A stretch of DNA of 64,000 bases from Octopus vulgaris (GCA_951406725.2 OX597828.1:11656001-11720000), one strand, 5' to 3'; counted from the stretch's first letter, positions 23,585 through 36,735 are shown. The notes: generated by a model from the letters alone, not told the origin. Numbers and translations are program-made.

Positions 23585-25664
23585 TGTTGTATCCTCCGTC
23601 TCCAAATGTCGTGATACCGCTACGATATTATGAGGGATGGTTTAGATACACTGTACCAGTGTAGTAACAGTAAGCAAGATATCGATGCAACAGTAATAAC
23701 ATCGTAGCCATCCAACAGCCTCTTCACGAACCAACAATCACTCTTCAAAACGAACTAACCAACCGACACCTTCCGACTTCACTGCAAACTCAACTCGAGC
23801 TAATACACAAACTTCACTCCGACCGCTACTTTTTATAATCGTTTGGTCCAATCTGTTTCCCGCAAGGGGACATCGTGACTCTCATCACAACAACTTCCCT
23901 TTGAGATTTCGACTTCTTAAGAAGTGAAATTTATTTAATTTTTTTATTTTTACAGCACCTCTCCCTCTCTTTTTTTATTTTAAAAATTGGTATCCTTTTC
24001 GTTTTGGCATTATTTTTAAGTGTAAAGTCTGTTTCCTTCTACTTCTGACTCTACGAGGCACAATCTTTTCGGTGCTAGCACCTCAAATATGTCATAGCAG
24101 ACTTCCATTGGTATCTCCTTTCGTTTTTCAGTATGTTTCGTCTTTAATTGGTTTAGATGTCTTTTATGTTTCCAACGTTATCCTTTAATTACATACATCA
24201 TGTTTCCTAATCTTTTAGTTACAAAACCATCCTCCCAAGCCTTCTTCACTATTTCTGTAAATTTTAAAATGAACTTTGTCTCCTACTTCGAAATGTTTTG
24301 TTGCCTTTTCTGTATTTCCTTTAAATGTATTTCTTTCCTGGCAATAATTTATCGAAGATCGATTTTATTTTTCGCTCGAACATTAACTCTGCTTGAGATT
24401 TTCCTGAACTGGTATTCGGATTGGACGTTACTCTATACACCCACAAGAATTTCTCAGCGCTTCGTCATTACCTACGTCATTCCTTGTATTTTTTAACGCT
24501 TGCTTGACAGTATCAACGAAGCTTTCTACCTGACCATTTGACCTTGAGTGGTAGTGTGGGGTAAAAAAAATATGCTTTATCGCATGTACTTTGCAGTAAT
24601 TTTTGAATTCACGACCCGTAAATTGTGTTCCATTATCTGATACCAACGTGTCTCAAACACCGTATCGGGTAAATAATTCACACAGGAACTTTATTGTTGT
24701 CTTTGCGTTTGGTTTATTGCACCTGCATATGTTTGACCACTCTGTACCGCTATCAACAACGACTAGTAAGTTCTTTAAGTTTAAAACTTTCACACATTCG
24801 GTTGACTGTTTCTGCATTCGTAATAAAGTCATCATCCTCTTTAGTTGAATTCCAATACTTCATTCGAGTGTTATATAGAGAAGTTTTATCACCGAACATG
24901 TTAGATAGTAATTTGATTGTTTCCTGAAAACAAATTTCATTAGACTTTTTGGGCAATATGAAATTACAACATTGTTCATATTCAAACGGAACTAATTTAC
25001 GTAATAATAACCTTACTTTTTCTACGTCCGACCATGTTTTACAATCTTCTTTAAAAATCTCCTCGTACCTTCTGTAGTACGCTGCAAAGGTTATACACTC
25101 CTCTGGGTTATAACTGATTTCTGTAAAGGAGTTCTATATGCCGTCTGGCAAAATCGAATTTGCCGCATTTCGGACTTCTTTGCGTGTCACTCCAATAATT
25201 GTTGTCGTCGTAGTTGCTGCTGTACTAGTTGCTTCTGCAACTCTTGTTTTTGAAACTGTATTATAGAAGCTAATAAGTCATCCATCATTTAACAAGTTGT
25301 ATCACGAACAAATTGTTAAATAACCTACATGAGATCGAAACCCTCGTCGCCAGATGTTGTATCCTCCGTTTCCAAACGTCGTGGTACCGCCACGATGTTG
25401 CGACGGATGGTTTAGATTCACTGTACCTGTGTAGTAACAGTAAACAAGCTAACGATGCAGCTGTAATAACGTAACTATCGAACAATCTCTTCACAAACCA
25501 ACTGTCAATATTCCAAACGAACTAGCCAACCGACACTTTCCGACTTCACTGCGAACTCAACTCGAACCAACACACAAACTTCACTCCGACCGCTGTTATT
25601 TATAATCGCTCCGTCCAGTCTATTTCTCGCAAGGGAGCATCCTGACACTCAGCTCATCACAACA
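23585..25664 (-). mobile_element. Internally deleted Ty3/Gypsy (Mag-like) LTR retrotransposon, 2080 bp
   Basis: LTRs 23585-23892 and 25355-25664 (TGTTG...CAACA); 5 bp TSD CATGG; PBS TGGCGACGAGG next to the 5' LTR; PPT aaagggaag before the 3' LTR. Confidence 0.93.
24130..25288 (-). pseudogene. Disrupted gag joined directly to integrase core (protease/RT/RNase H missing)
   Basis: FAAYYRRYEEIFKEDCKTWSDVEKVRLLLRKL...NFILPKK (Mag-type gag), then LVVVDS...VSDNGTQFTGREF...SNGQVESFVDTVK (integrase); stops and frameshifts. Confidence 0.85.
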
Positions 25665-26363
25665 CATGGGAATTTCAAAGAATGTAGTCTCATGCTGTTA
25701 TATATTATGTTTATGCATTATCTGTACAACTAGATTATGTCATTTCCAGTGTATTTAGATGTTTAACCATCTGTCTATTATAATTAGACCTAACTAACGA
25801 TATCGGGCATATCCGTGCCATTAATATTCATATATCAACATATTGTACAATGATCTATGTTAATAAAAACTGTAGTACCTCTAATTGTTCTGTCATTTTG
25901 TGTATGTTAACAACACCGTTTGAGATTCATATGTATTTGTAGAACTGTTGCATTTTAATGAATCTTAAAAAAGCTCCAATTTATGTTTGTACCATCAGAG
26001 AAAACAAAACTGATAAAACTGAACAATGTTGCTAATTTAAGTATGTTAATAAGTTGGTTTTACATTCATACATCATGGTAATATTACATTATACATCTTG
26101 ATAGCGAGCTGGTAGAATCGTTAGTACCATTACCTCTCATAACCTCAATATATATATGTATATATATATATATATATATAATATTAGAAAAAAAACACCT
26201 TTTATCAATTCAAAATGAATAATTAAATTACACCATCTAGAAAATTTATATAATATAAAAGTTAAAATTAAAATAACAATTAAAAAGTAAAGATTAAGTA
26301 AATTACAAAAATAATATAACGTATATAATAGGTAGAAAAACGACACGTGTTTCCCTCAAATAA

Positions 26364-26414
<51 letters not shown>

Positions 26415-26897
26415 ATATGAACTGTTAACATTGTTATGTAGTAATAACATTATTATATGTGTTTTAACTCTTATACGTATGTGAATTTTTCATACTGTGG
26501 CTTATTTAGCAGAAATAAAAATATAACCTTCATGGACAGCTCTACTGACCGCATCAGCTTCATAACACCACCATCCAACATCGCTCGTTTTATTAACATC
26601 CCAGCCAATATCACCATGCTTATCAGAAGGATGTCATCGTTATGAATACAATGATGTAAACCGAACCACTAAAGGAAACTCTATTCATGGTCACCCAATA
26701 TGCAAGAAATAGTAGCCAAGTTTCCTGAAGCCATGTCCTATTGCTCTAAAAAGAAAAGATATAGCTTGACATTTTAAATCATAGATTTAGCTGAGTCTGC
26801 TTTCGCTTGCCTCTTATATGTAGACCAAACCTGACTCAGATTGCTATGAATGCTATGATAAAGGCTGCAATAGCTATAAATACAAGGTGGTTTATAG

Positions 26898-27316
26898 GGC
26901 GGTGAGCTGGTAGAAACGTTAGCACGCCAGGCGTGATGCATAGCGGTATTTCGTCTGCCGTTACGTTCTGAGTTCAAATTCCGCCGAGGTAGACTTTGCC
27001 TTTGCCTTTCATCCTTTCGGGGTCGATTAAATAAGTACCTGTTACGCACTAGGGTCGATATAATCGACTCAATCCGTTTGTCTGTCCCTTTTTGTCCCAT
27101 CTGTGTTTAGACCCTTGTGGGTAATAAAGAAATAGGTATTTCGTCTGCCGCTACGTTCTGAGTTCAAATTCCGCCGAGGTCGACTTTGCCTTTCATCCTT
27201 TCGGGGTCGATTAAATAAGTACCAGTTACGCACTGGGGGTCGATGTAATCGACTTAATCTCTTTGTCTGTCCTTGTTTGTTCACTCTATGTTTAGCTCCC
27301 TATGGGCAGTAAAGAA
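26898..27316 (+). mobile_element. Dimeric SINE family B
   Basis: Full unit, then a second unit restarting at ggtatttcgtctgccg (~27134); gcctttcatcctttcggggtcgattaaataagtacc occurs twice. Confidence 0.9.
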
Positions 27317-27507
27317 TCAAATAGCTATATATAAAACCATCATCAAATATCAACCACGTTATTAAAAATATTAGATGAATAAAGCGTGATTTATGAGAAT
27401 ATCACCTCTAAGAATAATTACGATTGAGAAAACATTTTGAGATGTCGCAGTTAAAACAGTTCTAGTCGCTGCCGTTAGATGACGAATTTGCACTTAAGTG
27501 TTTCTTA

Positions 27508-27917
27508 GGCGCAGAAGTGGCTGTGGGGTAAGTAGTTTGCTTACCAACCACATGGTTCCGGGTTCAGTTCCACTGCGTGGCACCTTGGGCAAGTGTTTTC
27601 TACTATAGCCTCGGGCCGACCAAAGCCTTGTGAGTGGATTTGGTAGACGGAAACTGAAAGAAGCCCGTCGTGTATATGTATATGTGTGTGTGTGTGTCAG
27701 TGTTTGTCCCTCCAACATCGCTTAACAACCGATGCTGGTGTGCTTACGTTCTCGTCACTTAGCGGTTCGGCAAAAAGAGTCCGATAGAATAAGTACTAGG
27801 CTTACAACGAATAAGTCCTGGGTTCGTTTTGCTCGACTAAAGGCGGTACTGCAGCATGGCCGCAATGAAATAACTGAAAGAAGTAAAAGAATAAAAGAGA
27901 GAGAGAGAGAGAGAGAG
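27508..27917 (+). mobile_element. Full-length SINE family A
   Basis: ggcgcagaagtggctgtg... to aaaagaataaaa(ga)n. Confidence 0.92.
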
Positions 27918-28081
27918 TAGTGAATGGCTAGCTAATATATAGACTGGGTCAAATACATGAATAGCGAAAACCGACGTCGACCAGTTCTACATCTGCCGAA
28001 TTTAAGTTCGAAATATTCCAAGTTTGCTAAATTTTCTGCAACTGAAATTTTACTTCCTTTTTAGCATTTTGCTAAATTCTA

Positions 28082-28270
28082 AGGCGGCAAACTGGCAGAA
28101 GCGTTAACGCTTCGAGCAAAAATATTTAGCGGCATTTCTTTCGGCTTTACGCTCTGAGTTCAAATTCCGCCGAGGTCGACTTTGCTTTCCGTTCTCTCGA
28201 AATCGATAAAGTAAGCACTAGTTGAGCACTGGGAACTATGTAATCGATTATCCAACCTCCTTGTGCCTAT
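28082..28270 (+). mobile_element. Diverged SINE family B
   Basis: aggcggcaaactggcagaagcgtta...tctgagttcaaattccgccgaggtcgactttgc. Confidence 0.8.
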
Positions 28271-28299
28271 AATAAAAGGAATTATTTGTTAAGTTCGTC

Positions 28300-28745
28300 G
28301 GATCTTTTCGGTTTGAACGGCAGTTTTTTAAAATAATTTCCACGTAACTAAACACTTTTAAACTTCGTATACTGGTAGAAAGTGTTTATAAAACATCTTT
28401 TTCTCTTGGCTTTATTGAGAAAATTCTATAGTTTGTAAGATATTTGTTGTTTCTTTTCTTCAATTTCTGCAATTTCAAACAATCAATGACGTCTATTGAG
28501 GTGAAAACATTCTGTGCCGTATGAAAATGTCCCTCGTTTATGAAACAGATTGGGTTTATTTACATTTCTGAAGAAAAAAAGATACCCTTCCCCTCACCCC
28601 TAACCCTAACCCTAACTAACCCTAACTCTAACCCTAACCCTAAAATAGATTGAAATGCAATAGATCGATACTAGGTTCATAATTATGGGTGACAATTTTT
28701 ATATGACACCGCTAGAAAAAACTGCCGTTCAAACCGAAAAGATCC
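28300..28745. mobile_element. GGATC-ended MITE M1 with 8 bp TSD AGTTCGTC
   Basis: TSD at 28292-28299 and 28746-28753; (ccctaa)n at ~28598-28643. Confidence 0.94.
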
Positions 28746-29699
28746 AGTTCGTCTTTCACAGGCATAGAAACATACATATATTATTTGCTTAGAGAGTATC
28801 TTTAACTTAGGAAGGTAAAAATTTGGTTTCTGCTTTTGGGAAAATAACATATGTCCATCTTTTTTTTTTAAAAAAAAAAGAAAAGGCAAAAAAAAAATTT
28901 ATAGCAAAAGTAGCTTTGTTTAGAAATAATTTTGTGTGAAAAAGTCACAGATAAAACACAAAATCTTTAGAAACATAGAATCGCAAATTCGTTCCCGTTC
29001 AGTTCTTTTCTTGTTCGATGTGGTTTGAATTTCGTAATAATTGTCAGTATTAAACTACACATAAAAGTATCGTAAATTCGCTTCATAAAATATCGCTCCT
29101 TTTGAAAATGCCTTCAAAATAGTAAGAACAAATTTATAAAAATATTTATTTATTCATATAATTATTTCTTTCTTTCTTCAAAGTTCGTTAAATCTTAAAA
29201 ATCTTTTATCAGTGCATTCCTTGCACAATGAATTCAAGAACTATTGAATGTATTTCTCTAAAAGCTTCGTTAAAATATTGATAAATGGTAATTTCTTCTG
29301 TAACTGTCTCTAAAAATTGATGTATGAATATTTTTACCTTTGTTCTCCAAAGAATATATGAACACATCAAATAACTCAAAATGCCGAACGCATCTTGCAT
29401 TATGCATAATCATAAACTAATACTAATAATATATTACAAAAACATTCAAATTAAAACTTTCCTCCCCCAACATATCTATGAATGCCATTACAAAATTCAC
29501 CACGCTTATTAACCCAACACACACCAGTATCATTATCAACATTTGTCAAACCAGCTTCAAATTTCATCTTATTGCCTCGGAAACGAATGATGTAGTCCTA
29601 GATACATAATGCCTCAGAGAAAACCTAACGGTCATGGATGGAACGCCTTCGGTCAACGGACTTGTAAAGGAAACGGATGAGAAGGAGACAACAGAGTGG

Positions 29700-30960
29700 G
29701 GATCTTTACCTTTTGACGGACAGATTTAAAAAATAATTTTTTGTAACTAAGCACTTTGGATCTTTTCGCTTTGACCGGCAGATTTTAAAAATAATTTCTA
29801 GGTAACTAAACACTTTTAAACTTCGTATACTGGTAGAATGTGTTACATAAAACAACTTTTTCTCTTGGCTTTCTTGAGAAAATTCTGTAGTTTGCAAGCT
29901 ATTTGTTGTTTAATTTCTTGCATTTCGGCAATTTCAACCAATCAATGACGTCTATTGAGGTGAATACAATATCTCCGGATCTTTGTCAACAACAATTATT
30001 TGCGGTGTCATATGCATTTGTTACTGTTGTTTACGATATATTTCATATTAGTTACGTTCGTATGAATAAAAGATTATCATTATTAAACTTTTATCAATAA
30101 ACACATATTCTAAGTTCACAACATATGCAGTTTTAATTTCTCTCTCTGTTGCACAGATACACACATTACATATCATATATTCGTTTAAGAAACAGATTGG
30201 GTTTATTTACATTTCTGAAGAAAAAAGATACCCTTCCCCCCACCCCTAACCCTAACCTTAACCCTAACCCTAACCCTAACACTAAAAAAATCTGCCGGTC
30301 AAAGCAAAAAGTTCCAACACTTTCTAACTTCGGACACTGGTAAAATATATCATATAAAACATCTTTTACTCTTAGCATTTTTGAGAAAAGCTTATATTTA
30401 GGAAGTTATTTCACGTTAAAGTTGTAGTATTTCGGTAATTTCAACCAATCAGTGATGTATATTCAGCTGAATAAAACTACTCCCGTTGTTTGTCAAGAAG
30501 AACTTCCGGCGGTGTATATTTCGTTTGTCACTGTTATTTATGACAAACCTAACCCTAAAAGCCTAACCCTAACCCTAAAGCCCTAACCCTAACCCTAACC
30601 CAAACCCTAAAACCCTAATCCTAACCGTAAAATCTTAAAGCTAAAACCAGTACAGACTCACGAACGATGTCATAAATAACAGTGACAAACAAAAAATACA
30701 CCGCCGTTAGTTGTTGTTGATAAACAACAGCAGTAATTTTATTCAGCTGAATACATGTCATTGATTGGTTGAAATTACCGAAATACGATAGCTTTAACGT
30801 GAAAATACGATAGCTTTAACGTCCTAAATAATAAGCTTTTCTCGAAAATGCTAAGAGTAAAAGATGCTTTATATGACACATTCTACCAGTATACGAAGTT
30901 TGAAAGTGTTTAGTTGCAAAAAATTATTTTTTAAATCTGTCGGTCAAAGGGTAAAGATCC
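29700..30960. mobile_element. Foldback MITE M2 with 8 bp TSD CAGAGTGG, hosting a nested M3
   Basis: TSD at 29692-29699 and 30961-30968; arms match 3217-3864; (ccctaa)n centre ~30546-30630. Confidence 0.92.
29758..30315. mobile_element. GGATC-ended MITE M3 nested in M2
   Basis: ggatcttttcgctttgaccggcagatttt / aaaatctgccggtcaaagcaaaaagttcc; TSD agcacttt/aacacttt; (ccctaa)n at ~30244-30285. Confidence 0.9.
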
Positions 30961-32066
30961 CAGAGTGGAGTTCATTAAAGGCACACACCGTGCTATGTGA
31001 TGATGTTACACCGAGCGACGCATTAAGTCTATCTACGAAGTCAACCAAGGGGATTGCACTTTAACTTCGAACGCAAAGATTCGGAACAAATAACGCAAGG
31101 AATCGAGTACAACGTCAACCACCATTATGGAGCAATATATTTTTATCGACCTCAGAAAGATAAAAAGTAATCGTGATCTCGGTGAGATATGAACTCAGAG
31201 TGCAAAGCTTTGTAACAAATAAGGCAGAGCGTCCTATCCAATGCTATTGCGGCTCTACCAACTCGTCGCCCGTAAGTGCCTTATGTAATATCATTATTGA
31301 GATAGACAAAGATAATTCTAAATTACAATAAAAAATGTCTTATTTTAAAACGTTTTTATATCTTTTGAAGCGAAGAATAATGATATCGATTTTGTTGAGT
31401 TCCTTTCGGTAATTATTATCATAGTTAAAATATACATTAAGTTATTGTAGTTTTATTCTAAGTTATTTTTCCTTTTAAAAAATAAACACCTTTAAAATTT
31501 TCTAAAAACATTCTGTTTCTTTATCTTTCCCTTTCTCTCCCCCCCCTCTCTCTCTCTCTCTCTCTTTCTCCCTCTCTTTCTCATGCCTGTTACATTAAAT
31601 CTAACGTTATCGTAAAAATCTCTTTAGAGAGCATTCCTTACACAAATTTATTTAGTCATATATCGGTAAAGTTTAATTTCTTATGTAACTTATCTGCAAT
31701 AAATCAATAATGTTGCTTTTTATCGAGGTGTACATACTTTACACTTGCATCTGAAATACTGAAGTTGAACGGTTTAACTAAATAAATCGAACGATTTTAT
31801 TCTCAGCGCTTGTTTCTTATCACAACAATATACTTAACTTCAAACTACTTATTCAGTAAAAAAAAACAAAAAAAAAAACACCAGCCTACGCTTTTCGGTA
31901 GTGAAATATTGGTCGCTTCTTCAGAAACGCACCTCTCCAATTAAATCAAATGCAATGAAGAAAAAAGTTATGACAATGGAAAATATATACAAAATAAATA
32001 ATGTATGCAAAAAATGAGAAAGATGCATTTAGTTTTAGATATTTTACACTAAGGAATAAACAGAAT

Positions 32067-32364
32067 CTCGTGGAATGTAAACAAACATGCCAGACGATAC
32101 AAGGGGCAGTAATCTTCTTTTACCAATCAGGTATTATTAATGATACACTAACACTAACTAACACTAACACTAACCCTAACACTAATTCTAACCCTAACAC
32201 CAACCCTAACCCTAACTCTAACCTTAAACCTAACCCCAACCCTAAAACGAATCTTAACCCTAACCCTATCCCTAACACTAACGCCAACCCTAAAACCAAC
32301 CCTAAGCTTAAAAAGTAAATTACTGCCCTTGTATTGTCCGACATGTTTGTTTATATTCCACGAG
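32067..32364. mobile_element. MITE with ~46 bp TIRs and a degenerate (CCCTAA)n interior
   Basis: ctcgtggaatgtaaacaaacatgccagacgatacaaggggcagtaat / attactgcccttgtattgtccgacatgtttgtttatattccacgag. Confidence 0.85.
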
Positions 32365-32374
32365 TGCCCGTTTC

Positions 32375-32587
32375 CCGTTTCTCTCTTTACTTACTCTTTT
32401 ACTTGTTTCAGTCATTTGAATGCGGCCATGCAGGAGCACCGCCTTTAATCGAGCAAATCGACCCCAGAACTTATTCTTTGTAAGCCTGGTACATATTCTG
32501 TCGGTCTCTTTTGCCGAACCGCTAAGTTACGGAGAGGTAAACACAACAGCATCGGTTGTCAAGCGATGTTGGGGTTACACAGACACA

Positions 32588-32659
<72 letters not shown>

Positions 32660-32844
32660 TACACACACACATAGATATATACGACGGGCTTCTTTTAGTT
32701 TCCGTGTACCAAATCCACTCACAAGGCTTTGGTCAGCCCGAGGCTATAGTAGAAGACACTTGCCCAAGGTACCACGCAATGGGACTGAACCCGGAACCAT
32801 GTTGTTCGTAAGCAAGCTACTTACCACACAGCCACTCGTACGCC
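32375..32844 (-). mobile_element. SINE family A
   Basis: Reverse complement of the family consensus with internal (CA)n. Confidence 0.9.
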
Positions 32845-33649
32845 TTTCTGTTTTATTTTTTAGTATAAAACATTTGAAAATGGATGAATTTTTCTAACTT
32901 TTTGCATACATCATTTATTTTGTATATATTTTCCATTTTCATAACTTCATTCTTCATTGCATTAGATTTAATTGGAGAGGTACGTTTCTGAAGAAGCTCA
33001 AAATATTGTTTCAATTTTCAATATAATCCCACAAATTTAGTGGGGGAGGGGTTAGTTGATTACATCGACCACAGTACTCGACAGGTATTTTATTTTACGA
33101 CCGCGAAAGATGAAAGGCAATTCTGCCAAGGTTTGTTAACCTCGGTGGAATTGGAACTCAAAACGTGAAGAGCTAGAACAAAATGCCGCTAAGCGTTTTG
33201 TCCAAGGCGTTTACCTTCCTGCCAACTCGCTGCATTTTCCGTAGTGAAACATAACAATAAAAGCAACAATGGAGAATTTTCTTTGACCACATCTCTCTAT
33301 GAACAACAAAGACTCACTCTGCCTATTAACGTCATCTCACATTCAATTTTCAGTCGTATTACGGATTGTATCGACTACATTACTCTCTTTCCGCATCTTC
33401 ATTAAACGGTAGAATACAATTTTCGCAGATTCAAATTGCAGTCACGAAACACAGTAAACAAGTGAAGACATTGAAATTTATATCACAGAATCTATGCAGC
33501 CTCGCCAAAAACTGTGAATTTCGAGCTATAACCGCTGATGTATATCGAGAGGAGAGCATTAAAGATTCATTTCTTTCTGAAATTTCATCTGACCCTATTC
33601 AACATAATCATCACCCTTTATCTTTTATCTGTTAACTGATTCAGTAATT

Positions 33650-33877
33650 GGACTGTGGCCGTACTGGATCACTACCTTAAAGGGGTTTAGTCGAATAAAT
33701 GGGACCCAGTACTCATTTGTTAAATATAAATAGTACTTATTTCATCACTTTCTTTTGCCGAACCGCTAGTTCACGGAGATGTAAATAAACCAACAACAGT
33801 TGTCACTCGGTTGGGGCAGAGACAAACGCAAAAACAAACTCACACACACATGCTCACACACATACACACAAACACAC

Positions 33878-33945
<68 letters not shown>

Positions 33946-34108
33946 GACGGGCTTCCATATAGCTTCCGTCAACCAATTTCATTCACAAGACATTGGTCGG
34001 GCCGGGGCTACAAAAGAAGACACCCAAAATTTTATGCTCTAGGACTGGAGCACAAACCACGTCGTTGTTGTAAATCGAACATCTTTACACATCCATACCC
34101 GCGCCTAT
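33650..34108 (-). mobile_element. Diverged SINE family A
   Basis: cttttgccgaaccgcta...(ca)(ta)n cgacgggcttc...ggtcgggccggggcta. Confidence 0.75.
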
Positions 34109-34722
34109 ACATAGCCGTAATTGAAAATTGTTCATAGAATTTGGAATATGTAATCATCCAAGTTCATTCTCTGGAAGCTGGTGAGAAAATATAGAAGCTT
34201 AGAAGTGATGAACAACAACAAAGGTAAAGACCCGCTCTCTTAGAAATGTTGAGTTCATGAACAAACCAACCCATGTATGCAAATATACCATTTTTGAGCT
34301 GGTCTCACCCATGATCACTCTGTTTCTCCAGCAAAGGAACAAAACTTGCCCCAATCTGTAATCAAGCTGGATATTTTTCATGAGTATGTCGGTCAAGAAG
34401 AGCCACAACTTCAGCTCCTACAGTCTTCGATAAAACGAAAGTACAACAAAGAAAGGGACCTGTAAATATTACTAACTAAAGACAGAAGAAATGTTAAGCA
34501 TTTTGCTCGGCATTCGAACGATTCTGCCAGTTCACCGCCTTGTATTGATAAAAGAAGTGAACTAGAGCCAGTGCGTGTGTTTATTATTGACATAATGACC
34601 CTCCCTAGATTCAACAAGATCTGTTTCAGAACACGAGATCAAATCAAGAACAGTCTTCGTATTTTCCAAACATTAAAATAATTTGAAATCAATCTGGCAT
34701 AATTTTTTTTACGTTTATTAAC

Positions 34723-34885
34723 GGGTGCAGATGTGGCTGTGTGGCTAGGAAACCCGCTTTGCAACCATGTGGCTCAGTCTCACTATGCAGCACTTGAGCA
34801 AGTGTCTTCTGTTTCGGTCCTGACTAAATTTCGTAGACGGGAACTGTGTGGGAACATACAGGATATATGTGTGTGCGCGCGTGAT

Positions 34886-34923
<38 letters not shown>

Positions 34924-35340
34924 CGTGTATGTGCGTGTGTGTGTGTACGTGTATGTGCGTGTGTGTGTGTGTGTACGTGTATGTGCGCGCGTGTGTGTGT
35001 ACGTGTATGTGCGTGTGTGTGTACACGTATGTGCGCGTGTGTGTGTGTACGTGTATGTGCGTGTGTGTGTGTGTACGTGTATGTGCGTGCGTGCGTATGT
35101 GTGTGTGTGCATTTGAGTTTGCATTTGCGTTTCCCTCCCACCAATGCTTGACAGGAAGCGTTGGCTTGTTTCTATCCCTATAACTTAGCGATCCGGCAAA
35201 AGATACCGATAGAATAAGTACCAGCCAGACTTTAAAAAATAAGTGCTAGGCTCGATTTGTTTGAATGAAACTTTTATAGTGATGCCCCAGCATGACCGCA
35301 GTCCAGTGACTGAAACGAGTAACAGATACAAGATAAAGAA
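34723..35340 (+). mobile_element. Diverged SINE family A with an expanded internal (TG)-rich compound repeat
   Basis: gggtgcagatgtggctgtgtgg head; ~250 bp gtgtacgtgtatgtgc repeat; taacttagcgatccggcaaaagataccgatagaataagta tail. Confidence 0.78.
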
Positions 35341-36321
35341 ACTTAATGACCCCTTGGTGATCGCATGATCGAGCCTTCAGTTTTTCTATACTGAACAGAA
35401 GTGATATTAGCAAAAACTCGTACCAAACAACGCCCTCTTATCGGTTCTTCACAAATGATAAATTGCTACCGTTTTCTAGATTAACCATTTCCTAATACTG
35501 AAGATCTCAGGCGTTCTATTTTCTACATTAAATTTTACAGCAAACTGAATCTGAAAGCAGCATTCTATCAGATTCCATTCCACAATGACGATGCGAGTTA
35601 CGCTACGTTTCTTGCCGATGTTGTGAGTGTTGTTCAATGTTTGATCAATATTATAATTGTTGACAAAAGAATCAAAGGAGTTTCTACCTATCTCGATAAT
35701 GTTATTTTCATTGACAAACCTATTAAGAAACACAATAGGAACTTGGCTTAATTTATATCGATTATTAAAAGACTCAGCATTTCACCGAACAACAACATCA
35801 AATATCTTCTCTGCTAAACATCCATTTGTTACCTAGGCTACAAAAGAGAAAATAATTCTCTACTACCTGATTCAAAAAGCTTAAAACTCCCTGTTTGATT
35901 ACTTGACGCCTAGCAATGTTAAATAGTATCAACGACGACTGGTTTTATGTAGTTACTACTCTGTATAGGGGATTTCTCCTTCGGAACTAAACAACCCCCG
36001 TCGAAATTCTACATCACCATTGTAGAAAAAGACACTTTTTATTTGCTTCAAACTTCAATAGTTAATACCTTTCTTTCTTACTTACCTTACATAAATTGTT
36101 ACAATATGCTGAGATCAACGTTGCTGGAACTACAATTAAGGATGTCATTTCCTTTCTTTGAGTTACTTTTCGTCTTGAGCAAAATTTCTCGTAATCTGAG
36201 AAGGAAACTATTTCTATCATAGAAAGTATTGGGAGATAAACGTTTCTACTTAGAGACCGCTTTATATTACACTGATCAACAATTGGTCTTATTCTAGCCA
36301 GAAATGTGGAAGAAATATAAA

Positions 36322-36735
36322 GGCGGTGAGCTGGCAGAAACGTTAGCACGCCGGGCGAAATGCGTAGCCGCATTTCGTCTGCCGTTATGTTCTGAGTTCA
36401 AATTCCGCCGAGGTCGACTTTGCCTTTCATCCTTTCGGGATCGATTAAATAAGTACCAGTTACGTACTGGGGTGGATATAATCGACTTAATCCGTTTGTC
36501 TGTTTTTGTTTGTTCTCTCTGTGTTTAGCCCCTTGTGGGTAGTAAACAAATAGGTATTTCGTCTGCCGCTACGTTCTGAGTTCAAATTCCGCCGAGGTCG
36601 ACTTTGCCTTTCATCCTTTCGGGGTCGATTATATAAGTACCAGTTACGCACTGGGATCGATATAATCGACTTAATCCGTTTGTCTGTCATTCTTTGTCCT
36701 CTCTGTGTTTAGCCCCTTGTGGGTAGTAAAGAAAT
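36322..36735 (+). mobile_element. Dimeric SINE family B with 12 bp TSD AAGAAATATAAA
   Basis: TSD at 36310-36321 and 36736-36747; same dimer junction as 26898-27316. Confidence 0.9.

Larger units (their letters stand above)
31906..33007. mobile_element. Older foldback element (~140 bp inverted arms) enclosing a MITE and a SINE
   Basis: gcttcttcagaaacgcacctctccaattaaatc...tgtatgcaaaaa versus tttttgcataca...gatttaattggagaggtacgtttctgaagaagc. Confidence 0.75.

Noticed and set aside
30244-32305. (CCCTAA)n tracts suggesting a telomere or chromosome fusion site
   Set aside because: Every tract is short, degenerate and internal to a TIR-bounded MITE.
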